The notes beneath the pieces were generated by a model that ran no database searches, had not been told where the DNA came from, and saw nothing but the letters and a program-made list of their open reading frames with translations. From Camelus dromedarius (Eukaryota), in contig NC_087447.1 of assembly GCF_036321535.1 (NCBI RefSeq), positions 33,420,001 through 33,484,000 on the forward strand: a stretch of 64,000 nt of DNA, read 5' to 3'. A program made the translations under genes and the position numbers. Position 1 is the first letter of the stretch. Each line of letters opens with the position of its first letter. Of this stretch, positions 27,561 to 41,291 are shown piece by piece.

Positions 27561-28342
27561 GAGTCGGCGCCACCTCCCTCTCCAAGCTCAGGCACGAGGC
27601 CTCCCAAAGCCATTTCCAATATAAATACCACTGCTGTTTCTTTTTAGCAACCAACGTCAGATTATCCCAGACACAAACAGGATTTATCCTTGCGATACTG
27701 CACACTCTGAATAGCGCAAAACCGAAGCCAAGAGATCAGCATTGTCATCTGTGTCTCTCAGCACCACCTGACAATTTCCACTTTTCTGACCACGTAATTA
27801 TATTTTCCAAAGGCCTTATCAAAGAATCCATTTTAGCATTAATGCCATCGCTAAATAATTTGCCCGTAATTGAGGGGGGGTCTCATCTGTATTCCACGGG
27901 AGTCGGACCTGTGAGCCGAGGTGAATGGAAGAGGAGGTCCTGTGGGCTCGGCTTTGAAGGGTAATCCGTTGGGTCCCATCCTCCCGTCAGCTCTGCTTCT
28001 CATTAACTGTGTGGAAGAAGCGGGGGAAGAGGCAGGGTCCTCTCTGGAGGCCTGCGCGCTCCATCCTCAAAGCCTCCTGCTTTCCCCCACCCCCACTTCA
28101 AGCTCCCGGACTATCACAGTAATAATCACCCCTCCCTGCTCACCGCACATCACAGTTTGCATGATATTTTCACACCCCTTGTTTCTTCCCGGTGAGGTAC
28201 ACAAAAGCAATTATTAGGGCCACTCTGCTTTTAACCGATGAGAAACTCAAGACTCCAAAAAGTTAAGAAGCTTGCCCAGGGATGCACAGCTAGGAAGCGG
28301 CAGAGCCCAAGAGTGATCTGGGGTGTTCGACTTTGAACCTGT

Positions 28343-28806
28343 AACAGTAAGGATCCTGGTGGGAAAGAGTCACTATGCTACTGAAATCTGGTAATTTGAA
28401 GAGAATAATAAATTAAAGAGATTACTTACAGAAGTGTGAGCAGGGAGTAAGTAGGCCACAAGAGATGATACACTGTCACAGAGACTGTAAAACGGGGTCT
28501 GGAGCACTCTTTCCTTCTCGGGCATAAAAGGGCCAGGAATTCAGAAAGAGCCACCTGATAGGGCCTGTGGCTTTCAGTCAAAAGGCACAGTCAGTCCCAC
28601 GTGACCCCACAGAGAAGGAGCCAGGGGAGAAGAAACACTGCCTCCCTCTGACCTTCCACCTGTTCTTGCTGATTCAATTCAGAAGAAAGCTAGATGGCAA
28701 AGGAGCCCCCAGATGTAGTCCATGCAGGTCGGCCAACTAGGACACAGAGCAGAGGGATGCAGAGAAGTGGGGGATGTTTTTAGAGGAGACGGAAGATACC
28801 CAGCCC
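28343..28806 (-). mobile_element. ERVL solo LTR, LTR33-like
   Basis: 'ggtaatttgaagagaa...gaaggagccagggga...gatgtagtccatgcaggtc...cacagagcagagg...acggaagatacccagc' matches recalled LTR33 antisense. Confidence 0.7.
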
Positions 28807-30249
28807 AGACCCCAAGGCTTTTTCCAACATCCCACCCTGCTTCTCCCTTGAGGGAAGACTGGAGCCAACACCTAAATGCACTCCCTCTTGAAAGAAGTGA
28901 CATTTGGGCTAATACCAATGACTGCCCACCTTGCAAATATCAAGTCCCCTTTCCCATGTGGCACTTAGCAAGGACGAGCTTTAGGGCAAGGCATGGTCAC
29001 CTAATGTGTGTGCTCAACAGCTTCATGGACACTGTAATGGTTGTCATCATCTTCTTCTCCACTGAAATCTGGAATCCAGGGTGACCCCAAGTGAACCCTT
29101 GAACCCACCCACAGACGGCAATTCCATTGCTACATGGCTCTAACTCCAGTGGGGTAAGCAGCACCCCCACCCAGCTGTTCAGGATCCAACATGCAGTTAG
29201 AGCATAGCCAGAAAAGAGGATGTTCAAGGCATGGCAAGGAGTCAGCGTGGGGAAGGGCAGAAAAGCCCAGGTCTGGACCTCCTGAGTGCAGTGTGCGGGG
29301 AAGGGCTGTCCTGCCAGCGGGGATGCTGGGGATTGGGCTGGCAGGGGAGCCGCGGTGACGCTCTGTGGTCAGCGAACAGAGAAGACATGCAAACAAGTTG
29401 CCAAACTAATCAGGTAAAGAAACAGACAGTAAAAGCCAGGGATCTGTGGCCAGGACGACGAGAGAGTAGAGAATGAGGAGGTGAGAGTAAGGAGGAAGGC
29501 AGGCCCGGGTATAAAGCTGTCACCAGGCACTGTCTTAGATGGGCCTGCCATGGTACTTCGTGTGGAAGGGGCAGCTGTGTTTACAGGGCCTGTTTAAAGG
29601 GCAGCGGCAACAGGCAGAGGCCAGGTTTCCCAATGTAAAGGCCTAGAGGGAGGTACTCGGCCAACAGGGTGAATGGACTCTGCAGGCAGAAGCCAGGCTG
29701 GCATCTCAGACCCAGTCATATTCTTTCCTCTGTTTGATCATGGCCTTAAAGATTCCTTGGTGGCAGGAACACCCATGTACATAAATGATTCCTGATCAAC
29801 TAGATCCTGGTTTTATCTCCTTGGCTCTGTTCACTTCTGTTCTGCTCAAACGTGGCGCACTCAACGTCGTTATCAAGTTCAGCCTCAGCAGCATCCTGGA
29901 GGCCTGTCTCGATCAATTACTCAGCACGGTGCTCCACTCTTGATATGCTGGGGCAACACTATGGACAGCCGACCCAAGGCCACTTCCCCGTCTGTGTCCC
30001 AAGTACCTCAATTCTGCTGAGAGAGCAATGTGCCAGCACCGCGGAAGGAAGGATGGTTGGTCTAAGACAATCATGGTGACCCCCGCCCCTTTGTCATCAT
30101 CTCCAGATGCTTTCCCCTAGCAAGGATGACAGAGGGGATGGATAAAAAGGACTGCATCAGTCCCAGATGACATGTCTGAGCACCAACGCATCCCAGGCAC
30201 TGCCTCATCTACGCTTCTTGTTTAAATAAACATTACGTCTCCTTACAGT

Positions 30250-30450
30250 TTAAGCCATTGTTACTTGCAACCAGGTGTCCTATCTGACCCATATGCACCG
30301 TCACACTTAATTCTAGTAATCCCATGAGGGAGGCATCATCATTATCCTCATGATTGAGGCTTAGAAGAGTTAACTTGCCAAGAGTCACAGCTAGTAGCGG
30401 AGACAGAGTGGACACCCAGAGCTATCCAAACCCAAGCACTCATGCTGTTA
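30250..30450 (-). mobile_element. MIR SINE
   Basis: 'ttgaggcttagaagagttaacttgccaagagtcacagctagtag...ctgttaacca'. Confidence 0.75.
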
Positions 30451-32009
30451 ACCATCAAACTACACTTTCTCTGTTTGCCTTCACCCGATGCTTGACCCTG
30501 GACAGCACCCACTCTACTTTGGTCACACAAACAAGATTTAGCATCATTCCCATGCTCAGAGCATCTGACCCTCATCACATATCCACTTCAATCTTGTAAC
30601 TCCCATCTCAGCATAGGCTAATTGCCACAGTCTCGCCGAGCTCCACAGCTGAGACAGGACGTGCTGACCCAAGGGCAGGGGCTCTTGGCTCCCTGCCCCA
30701 CTGCTATGGTCACTGCTGTGTGTGACAGGCCAGAAGCACAGATTACAGCCCAAAGCAGGAGGGCAGAGACCTGCAGGTAGTGTCCCACACACTGCCCAGA
30801 CTATCCTACAAGCAACAAAGCAGCCCTTGCCCCTCCTAAGCATGTGCCTGCTGCATACCAGCGGTGCATCAGGCTTTATTCTGCTAAACGGAAAAGCAAG
30901 TTAACAACACATACAGTGCTGTCTTATTATGGGAAAAAAATGTGTTTGCGTATGCAAAGAAAAAAATCTAGAGAACAGAAATAAAACTTAATACTGATGA
31001 CTTCTGAGCAATGGAATTAGGGGCAGGGTGATGGGTATCACAGGGCTTTGAAAAGTTTGTACCTTTTGTGTTTTTTTTTAATAAGAGATCCAGTACTTTT
31101 GTTACATATTGTCTAATTTACATGAAGAATGCTTTACAATTTATTAGTTATTCCAACAAAAATAACGTATACTGCAAAATCTTTCACCCTAAACTTTCCG
31201 TTGCTGCTTAAAATTTGTGCCCTCCTATCTTCTTTTCTTTTTCATTTTTCATTTTGAGTGGATCAGGTGAGCACCTTTCATAATTTAAGAAAATTAAACA
31301 AAAATCACATCCACTGAGCTTCACAATAAAGCTATATACCAAAATAGCCCAGGACAATCACGAAATCCTGCCCAAAGGGTTTAACTCAGTGGGTTTGATG
31401 GGAGGCCCTTACTGTGGGCCTTAACTGCAGTTTGAAGAAACAAACTCACAGAATTTTACGATGGTGGCACGCCCACCATACAGGCAAATGTACCCAATTG
31501 TGTTTGCTCTCCAGCAAAGAGGGCACACACCCCTTAATCCCACCTGCAATCAGTTTATGTTTGCAGCCTATCTGTAAATTATTGCCACTCTCCCATGCCT
31601 GCCAGAGCTCCCGCAGAGAACAGGACACATGAAAATTCAACCTGAGAATGAGGCACCGCTCACCCTGTGCTTTGAATCAGACCAGGAAATCATCCAATGT
31701 CTTTTACAGATTAACTGCTTTCCTCAAGAAAAGACTAATCCTCGGAAGTTCAAAGCAGAAATGCTAAGGTTACTTCATCTTCACCTTTCCCCAGCCTGAT
31801 ATTTACAAAGCACACTGAAATTTACAGCACATATTCCCCTGCAGGTTCTCAGTTCACCCCCATGACAGCCCTGTACAAGCAGACAAGGTAGAGATGACGT
31901 CCATTCTGTGCAGGTAAGACTGAGGCAAAGAACAAGGAGACATAAGTGACAGGACCTACAAAGCTAGGATCACAGGTCAGAAGCCGCAACCACAGACCTT
32001 ACATCACTC

Positions 32010-32520
32010 TTCCATCCATTCATTCATTCAGGTATTCACAAATGCTTGCTGACTGCCTGTTATATGACAGCTCTGTGACATGCACTGGTGATACCATGGT
32101 GAGCACTCAGGGTGCCCTGTGGGAGAGACAGACCATCAAATCAAATGCTCAAAAAGTGCTCTGTAGAAAAACGAACACTGGTTTATGGTGAAAGTGTAAA
32201 ACACATGAAACTTCCTTCTTTTGTCCCGAAAATTAAGGTTAAGTGGAAGTGAACTTGATATTCAAGAAATGGCACGTACAGAGATCCTGTGGCTGAAATG
32301 AATACAGTACACTTAAGGACCTGAAAGAACTTGAGGTCAGAGGAATGGGAAAACTAGTGCGAGAAAACTGAAGAAAAACACAGGCCAGACTACGCAAAAA
32401 TTTTGCAAGCTGTGTTAAGCATTGTGACCTTTAGCCTAAAATTTAGAGGAGGCCACTAAAGGTGTGTACGTGTGTGTTACGGCGGGAAGGGAATGCGATG
32501 ATCAGGTTTACAGCGTGAAG
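32010..32520 (-). mobile_element. L2 remnant
   Basis: 'catccattcattcattca...' tail followed by L2 body ('ggaggccactaaagg', 'atgatcaggttt'). Confidence 0.7.
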
Positions 32521-35500
32521 TCTTGACGTATCACCCTAATGTCCATGAAAAATTGCCGTCCAGGAAAATGACTCAGAATTCCATGTGCTCGCCTAACTTC
32601 CTAGGCCTTGCCCTCTTACTGGCTCCTGTAGGCTCTACTGCCTACCTAATTAGATACCAATAAAAGAAGCAATAATGACAAATGCCCTCCTAAATGGGGG
32701 TCCCCACTGCCCAGCCCTTTATTTCACCACCAGTGGTTTTTAATGGCAAAGTCACCTTAAAGAACACAGAGTTTATCACTTTGAAACAGTGACTATCAAA
32801 ATTTATCCTGGACAGTGTAAAACCAACCATGTAATGCTGATGACTAGTGTCACACATCTATTTCACATTTGAAGAAATGGCCACATGGCTCATTTGCTGT
32901 CAGTCATGATTTAGGATGAGGTCCTTGGCCATTACACAACAGCACGGAGGCACATGCAAGGCATGCAAATCATATGGGGCTGATGGGCCATGGGAAGGCC
33001 TGACCCGATATTATTTCTGTGGGACTGAAGTCACGAACTTGTCTATCAACACTCTAGATTCCAGGAAGGAAGAAGAGTCTTTAAAGCTAAAAATAACTCC
33101 ACCTAAGCCTCCTGGAGTCCAAAGTGGGAATTTATAACAAGGTAGATTTGGGCTCAATGAGCAAGTGGCCTTTTGAGGTGAGCAGCATCCTCAGTCTCAG
33201 AAAGTAACACAAGGAACGTGGCCTATATTTCAGTTTATAAACGGGACACCTTAGACTTCTTCCGTGAGAAGTTAGAAGTGTAATCTTGTCACATGAGGGT
33301 GTTAGAAAGATGGAAGAGGAGGAGGGAAGAAGGTGGAAGGATGGGTAGAGAATAACCTCCCCAAAAAAGGATTAAGGACGGACCTCCCCACTCTGGCTCC
33401 AGTCTGCCACTGACTGTGAACCCCTGGATGAGGTATTTCTGTTCTCAACACCTCAAAACACCCTATCTGTAAGATGCAAGAACATCCACCTCAGAGTGCT
33501 ATTAAAAAGAAAAAAGATCAAGTGACTAGCTAAGTCATCTCTTAAAAATAAAAAAATCCCAAACAATAATCTCAAGTCAGCAATGACTCAGCAAAAAGTT
33601 GGAGTTTTTCCCAGCATGACGCTGGGTCTCTGAGGCCAAAATGTCAAAGAATTTTTAGTTCAAGAAATTGGAATCATAGCTTCCCCAGCTCCTTCCTTTC
33701 TTGTGCTTCACAGACAGCACTAACCGGGAGAGCCAAAGAGCAGTGAGTAACTGAGTGAGTCAAGCATTGTGCCAGGGACACATCAGGATGAATCACAGCC
33801 CGGGGCTGTTTATCTCCAGTGGAAATGGAATTCCATTCTGGGGAATACAGGCACTCTGAGGATTCCAAAGAAGTCAGCTGACAGCCCCAGTTCCAAGCCT
33901 GTAAGTTCCTATGTGTGAAATTTGCTGTCAGGAAAGTGATACCCTCAGACTAATAGACTAACAAGTAGAGATGCAGCAGGACATTCCTGAGAAGGGTCAG
34001 AGATAGTATCACACAGGTCCTTTAAGGAGAAGGGAAATGATTTCCACTCTAATTGCCCAGGAAAACCCTCAGGTGAGGTCCCAGGCACAGTAACCAGCCG
34101 GCTTCGTGGCTCTGCAGCTCCTGCTGGGAGAAATACTCACAAGAAGTTAAGAGGGATGAGCTGAGGGGCAAAAGCCAACCGAATTGGGAGTTAGAGCAGG
34201 GGAAAGCAGGCACAGAAAACTTTTCCTTCCAGGCCTCCTCATCCTCACGCCCCACCCCCACCACGCCCCCTAGAAGAAAAGCAGCCGAACAGGTTCAGCT
34301 ATAAATCTGTTTCCTTGCATCCAGCCACTCTGGCTGCTATTATTTATAACATTAATTTAATTAAAGTTCCCAGAGAGATAGATGGGGTTTTTTTTTTCTC
34401 CCACAGTCGTGTAGAAAATCAGTTCTTTTCAATGACAACATCAGCACCACCGGTCTAACTAGGAAATGGATGTAGTATTTGCAATTCTTTTTCTTTTCCA
34501 ATTAAAAAGTCTGGATGGTTCATGCATTTTTTATTCCCCTATGCTCTTTCCCAACAAGCAAAGCATAAAAGGAACAGAGATGAATATATAAACTTACATT
34601 CTTAAAAAAAAAAATAGGGTTCCACCATACGCAGCGTTATTTGACTTTTTATTTTCTCCCCTCGCTCTCCTTTTTACAGAATAGCCATACATATCCATCA
34701 AAAAGGACTGAGTTGAATTGTAACAATAGAGATGCAAGCTTCGATATTTTGTCCTCTGAGAAAACATTTATTTCCCCTGCAACCTATTTCCCCTTCCATT
34801 CATCCTGTAGAGACCCATGTCCACACAATACAATCACAGCTCAAGATGTGTCTGAAGACATGTAGATGAAATCACTATGAGCTGGAAATGAAGTCTTATT
34901 TTTCCTTTCTATTCTAATACATTGTGGGCCCCATGTATCCAATAACGTGCCTTCTCCTTAATCTACTCATGGCCTCAGGTAGCCAACCAACCACCAGATA
35001 AAGAGAAGACCCTATTGTATTTCTTTTTCGTCCTTTTCATCTGCAATTTTGAAAGCCCAGGAGTGCAGATGGATGTGAGGAAATGCAGGCCACACTCTCA
35101 TCATCCACTTCAATTAATTCTTTCACCTTCTACCTCTCTGCCGTTGAGGCCATGGTTAACCAAAAGCGTATTTAAACCCTTCAGAAGACAAGAGGAAAAG
35201 ACAATGGTTTCTGAAAAGATAAAATTAGAAATAGGTTTGCTACTGATGTCATTAGAAGATAGGGCAAAGTTAAACTTGGAACCCACTTAAGGAGGTTGGA
35301 ATGAATAAGCTCCAGGGTACAGAGCATGAGTAGAAGTGTCAGGGGCTCAGCTAGAATGAGACGTCCAACACAGCGATGTCTAAACTGCCTTCACAACTAA
35401 GCAGCCACTCTACACTGCCGAAGAACCTACAAGTTTGAATGTATTATGCTAGCCATCTAGAACTTTAGATTCATTCTCTCCCATTATTTAAGTCTCTACA

Positions 35501-37682
35501 GCTTGGCAGCAGCAAAAGCTTTTTTTCATTCAGTATCCAGAGGTCATGTTATGTTTTTTTTCATTATTATTGTTGTTGTTGTTTTAACCAGCACAGCTAT
35601 TCATCATCTGCTGGGTACTGTGTACTGCTCTACCTTAGAGGTTATCAAGCTACCAGGGTCTCCCTGGCCAAGGCAGCCTGCACCCCCTAAAGGCTGTCCA
35701 CTGTCACATGTCTGGAGTAGAGGACACTAAAGGAAAGAAACAATACATGGTGAAGAGAACAAGATGCCAACGTCCCTTAGATCCAAAAATGCACATTCAG
35801 CATCTACTCCAGCAAGGAGGGAGATAAGTGAGAGAAAAAAAATTGCTGGACATATAGGGTAAGTAGTCTTTACTCACCAGCACCACACTACACTGTCAAC
35901 CTATCTATCCACTGAGATAATTGCAAGCCCCTCGTGGTCTACTTACAGAAGCAACCTTGTGACTATAGCAAGCTGGGTTGCTCTCCAGGGTCCTTAAGGC
36001 AAAAAAAAAGAAAGACAACACGTGCCCTAACTAAGCACTGTGATGAAATAGAATCAGAGAGGGGGGCCCAGCAGGGCAGAGGTGGAAGAAGACTTAAAAA
36101 GCATCTAGTCCCAGCCCTTCACTGCACACCTAGGGAGCTAAGGCCCAGGGGCAGTAGACGAATTTCCCAGGGTCATACAAATTTCACAATTTCTTTCAGC
36201 TCAAGTTTTCAGTCCAGACCATTTTTGTGCTAAAAAGCCAGATATTCAAAGCAGAGAAGCAAGTAGTATGTATCTTGTTTAGAAGATCTAGGAATTTTTA
36301 ACACATTCGTTTCCTCATCCTTCACCTGGATTGGCATCTCCTCCTGAAAGCTGTGATAATTTTGGCTCATCAGTTGAGGAGGGGGAAGTAAATCTTTGAC
36401 CCTCCTCTCTCACAGAAACAAAAAAGGAAAGAAGCCATGCCACATTTTCGAAGCCCTATCAGGATCAACAAAAGATCTTATTATATTGCAGGGGATGTTT
36501 CCTTCCCCATTCAGCCTCAGATACATATTTTGAAAGAGACTCTGCAATTGCATATTTTTACAGGGACTCAATGTACAAACCATGCACCATCGTGTTGCAC
36601 CACCAACCATGGAACTAAAAAACTATTGGACAACCATGCCTGGGACTGGACAGTCAGAATAACTTCAGGGACCTGACTGACCTCAAATCCTACACTGCAC
36701 CATGGATCCACATTACACACTAGGTTCTGACCCATGGGATTAAAGGTGAAAGTCTGACTCAATGGTATTCACTTCCAATGTTGATACTTCAACATCTCTT
36801 CTACATGATGGTCTATGTTTATAGTATTTCATGATGCTGTATGTTCATATAGTTGCTTGAAACTTTCTGAGCATTTTGCACACACTCTTACTCTATTCCT
36901 ACACCAACCGTACTCCCATTTTACAGATGCAAGCACAATTTCTGGCAAAGGGAGAGAAGAAGGATGGGAGTACAAAAGGAAACGTCAAAGAATCTAAGAC
37001 ATAGATTTCCTGATATTACACTGCTGCATCATTGCATGTAAGTCACATTTTGTAAATGGCAAGACCAAGACAAAGGTCCAGCATTCATCTTAAGTGTAGG
37101 TGAAACCACAGAGCCCACATGCCTGGTCAGGTGCAGAACAGCTCTTCTCGCCCTGTCCTCCCCTCTCTCACATGCCCTTCTCTGTCTTTTCCTGCAGGCT
37201 CCCTCAGTGCCAACTTGACAACACACTCACCCATACACATTATTCACTCACTGGCACTGTGATTGGCTTTGTAATGCTTACAAGATAAACCTCATTCCAA
37301 GCCGATCCTCACGTGACTGGTATGGAACCAGATCTCACAGTGGCAAAACTGTAAAGCTGCAGATATTGTCATGTATTTTCACCTGGGATGGTAAGAAACT
37401 GAGACGCTACCCCTCGTCCCCAGGAGCTCTCTCTTCTGTGATCTCCCAGACCTGATTTCCTCTACCAAGAATACAAGTATGTACTGCCTTACATACCAAG
37501 CAACCCAGTATGTACTGCCTTACAACATCCCTTGTAATATTACCTAATTTATTACCTAAATTTACACATAGGTGTGTCCTATCTTCCCAGCTTGCTTGTC
37601 ATCTCTTCCTGAACAGAGGATCTGGTGCTGCTGGGGTAGCTCTAGGACATGAAACACATGCTGGCTTCTCAATTTTAATTTT

Positions 37683-38533
37683 TTTTAGTTGAAGTTAGTC
37701 GATTTACAATGTTGTGTTAATGTCTGGTGTACAGCACAGTGATCCAGTTATATATATATATATTATAATAATTATATATATATACATATATTTTATATAT
37801 ATATTCCTTCCTTATTCTTTTTCACCATAGACTATTACAAGGTATTGAATATAGTTCCTGTGCTATACAACAGAACGTTGTTGATTTTATACACATAGTA
37901 GGTAATATCTACAAATCCTGAACTCTCAATTTATCCTTCCATGCCCTCTTTCCCCCTGGTAACCATACCTCGGTTTTCTGTCTATGAGACTGTTTTGTAA
38001 ATAAGTTCATTTATGTCCTATTTTTAGATTCCACATAAGTGACATCACCAGTATTTTTCTTTCTCTTTCTGGCACACTACACTTAATGTGACAATCTTCA
38101 GGTCTATCATGTTGCTGCAAATGGCATTATTTTATTCTTTTATATGACTGAGTAGTATTCCATTGTATTATATACCACATCTTTATCCATTCATCTGTCA
38201 GCGGACATTTAGGTTGCTTCCATGTCTTGGCTCCTGTAAATAGTGCTGCTATGGACACTGGGGTGCATGGATCTTTTCAAATTAGAGTCTCCTCCAGATA
38301 CATGCCCAGGAGTGGGATTGCTGGATCATATGATAAGTCCATTTTTAGTTTTCTGAGGAATTTCCATACTGTTTTCCAAAATGGCTGCACCAAACTTCAT
38401 TCTCACCAACAGCATAGGGTTCCCTTTTCTCCACAGCCTCTGCAGCATGTATCATTTGTGGACTTTTTAATGCTGGTCATTCTGATTGATGTGAGAGGAT
38501 ACCTCATTGTAGTTTTGATTTGCATTTCTGAGA
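37683..38533 (-). mobile_element. Young lineage-specific (camelid/cetartiodactyl-type) 5'-truncated L1 with 14-bp TSD, in sense to NELL1
   Basis: L1 3' end with internal (TA)n; exact direct repeat tcaattttaatttt at 37669-37682 and 38534-38547. Confidence 0.93.
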
Positions 38534-40654
38534 TCAATTTTAATTTTGATGACAAGTTGTATGCATGTGTTTCTGTTTGTAAAGTGCATAATATGTCAAT
38601 AGGGGAACCAGGAGGTTGAGAACCTTGGCCTGGCTCCTTTGGAAGCTGTGGCCTTTGATAGTCATCTATTCATTTCCCCCTCCTTACTCTAGTGCAAATG
38701 ATTGTATAAAAATCAATATAGTACATTACACATGTGGCTTAACTACCTTAAAGAATATGAAGTTTAATAAGATGATGCTTGTAATTACTTCAGGAGCTCT
38801 CTAGAAGGATGCCCTATCACCATATTTCATTTTGAAGAATCTAAGAGATATAAACAGATGCTCATATCCTGAAGTTACTCTGAAATATTTCAACAGAAAC
38901 CTTGAATTACTGACTTGTTCAGTGATTTATAGTAAGTTTATTTTTCTGGTTCTGCATGCTCTCCAAAATCAGTTGTATGGAAAAATTGAATGGGCTATGC
39001 AGTGAATAAAGAGCATGTATTAAAAGTAAGATCTAAACGTGTTTACTATCTAGACCATAATCGAGTCGACTCTGCCAGAGTGACAACTGGGCTGCAGACG
39101 TGTGTGCATTCACACTGCATACCTGTGTAAGTGTGAGCAGATGAGGCAAGAGTTCAGAGCTCTGTTGCAATGTGACTGTGTAAGAGAAATTTTTCCAGCA
39201 GTGAGGCAAGAGGGGGTTGGATGAGAGTGTGGAGACCTATATGTTGCAGAAACTGGATGCATGTCCCATTTGAATGGAAAACATTCTTGAGTCCATTCCT
39301 CCACTGTCAATTCAAGACCAAGATACTGGGAGTTGACTACTTTCAGTTCTCTCCACTGCACAGCTGCTACTATGAGTTGTCAAAGCCTCCTGCTCACAGG
39401 GCTTCCATCCAAGCCCTCGACTTTTCTGATATCAAAGGACTGGGGCTCATCACTGTGGGGGACCCTGGTGGCTTCAGAATATAAAATGACTGAATGAGTA
39501 AGCCCTGAACGTCCTGATGGCAAGAACTCCTATTTCTTTGCATCCCCACAGCCTGGCAGAGATCATCTGTCCAATACTTTCATTGGATGGATTGACTGAA
39601 AACTAAAAGTCACTAAATAAGGAGAAGAAAATTCCTTTTGTGGGGAAAGAACACTATGCACTGAATTCCAGACGTCAGCAGATTGTGGGCTTTAGTAAAC
39701 AGGGACAGGCCACAGGGTGAGCAGAGAATGGAGCTGGAGAATTCAAGGAAGGTTAGTTCAGGCCTCGTTCTCGGCTTTGTTGGCAACTATTAATACAAAG
39801 ACAGCTAAAGGAAAACCTAAGGCAGTAGAGGTAATCAGGCTGGCCACCCAGCTGAGTGGTTCCTTTAATGTTTCTGGCTTGAGGTAATCTGCTACCTGCA
39901 CTTTGGGGTTTCTCACTAGGCCCAGCTGAACAGCTGAAGCAGGGAGAAAAGTGTGTCCCAGGAGCAAGCAGACAGTGTTCAACAACCCACTAAAGTAGCA
40001 GTCGCTTTTCCTGTGATCATTTGTGTAACTGGGTCTGAAAGGGCTCTGTTTCTCAGTTCTGAAAAAGGTAGAAAATCCTTCCACATTACAGTTCCTCGGA
40101 GCAATGGTATTGCCTGAGAAATCCCCGCTTCCTGATTTGAAGTATTTTTATGGTTCCTGAACCTTCTGCAGCAACTCTCTCCTGGGAAGCCTCCCTGGCA
40201 TGGCTGTGACCTCACCTTGGGAAGGACATGAATTTCAGAGGTGCTGAGGAGGCAGGGGAAGACAAAGGTTTGGGAGTTGGATTCTGGGTCAAAGTCTGGG
40301 CTCTATGTTTTTTACGTTACATGACTGAGCTTGAGTGACTTACCTTCTCAGAGCCTTTCTAATTCCAGATCTGTAAAATGAGTCTAATGAAACCGCCCCA
40401 CACGCCTGTCCTAGGAACTATCAAGCCTAGCACGTTACCCGGCCTGTGGTGGACGCTCAGTAATGTTAAGCCCCTTCCTTTACACCAATGCAATACATTC
40501 CGCTAGTAAGATTGCCAAGTCTCACCGAATGACTCCAAAGATCAGCAATCTAAGACGTGTGGGAGGAAAACACTAAAGAACAAACTGCTCACACTGAGTC
40601 GGGCTGTTGCCTCCCCTCCTGTTCCAACAGTCCCCACTGTTGGGCTGAATAGCC

Positions 40655-40860
40655 TAGTGGTTAGAGCAGGCAGTCAGGAGTCAGTCTTGGGTCCAAATCC
40701 TGGCACTGCCACTTATCAACAGCAGGATTGCAGAGACCGAAGGTAACTTCAGTTCCATCATTTTAAAATGAGAAAAACAACAGCATGCGTGATGAATTAA
40801 TCTACGTAAAGCACTGAGTGCTGGCACTAGCACAGCCAACAACCAATAAATGTTATCTAC
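40655..40860 (+). mobile_element. MIR SINE
   Basis: 'agcctagtggttagagca...gggtccaaatcctggcactgccactta...gtaaagcact...caataaatgtta'. Confidence 0.85.
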
Positions 40861-41291
40861 CTCATCACCATTTATCATCCACCCAGCAGAACTCTAGTGG
40901 GTGACGGGCTGAGAAAAAGATAAGATAGTATAACTTTAAGGGTAAAAGGGGTCAAAAAGAACCTTGGTGGTATGAAATGCACAGCTTAGAGAATAAAAAT
41001 CAGCCTTTCTGAAATCCGCTGCCTGTGAGGGTCGCCTAGCTAGAGAAGTAGTAGACCGGCATCTTGATAAATGGACCGGGGTTTGGCCATTCTAAAATCA
41101 GCCGGTGCCGGCTGGGAAGAAACTTGTGAAGGAGCTAAGGCTGCTTTGTGCACTAGACACTAACCTCGCCTTCAACTTTTCCTCCTCCTCCCTGGGGCTC
41201 TGCTTCAGGTACTTGGTTTCCCAGGGTCCCTCATTTATTCACTGTAGCCCAGCTGGTCCTCCAGCCTCCCCACCACCACCACTATCTAAAT

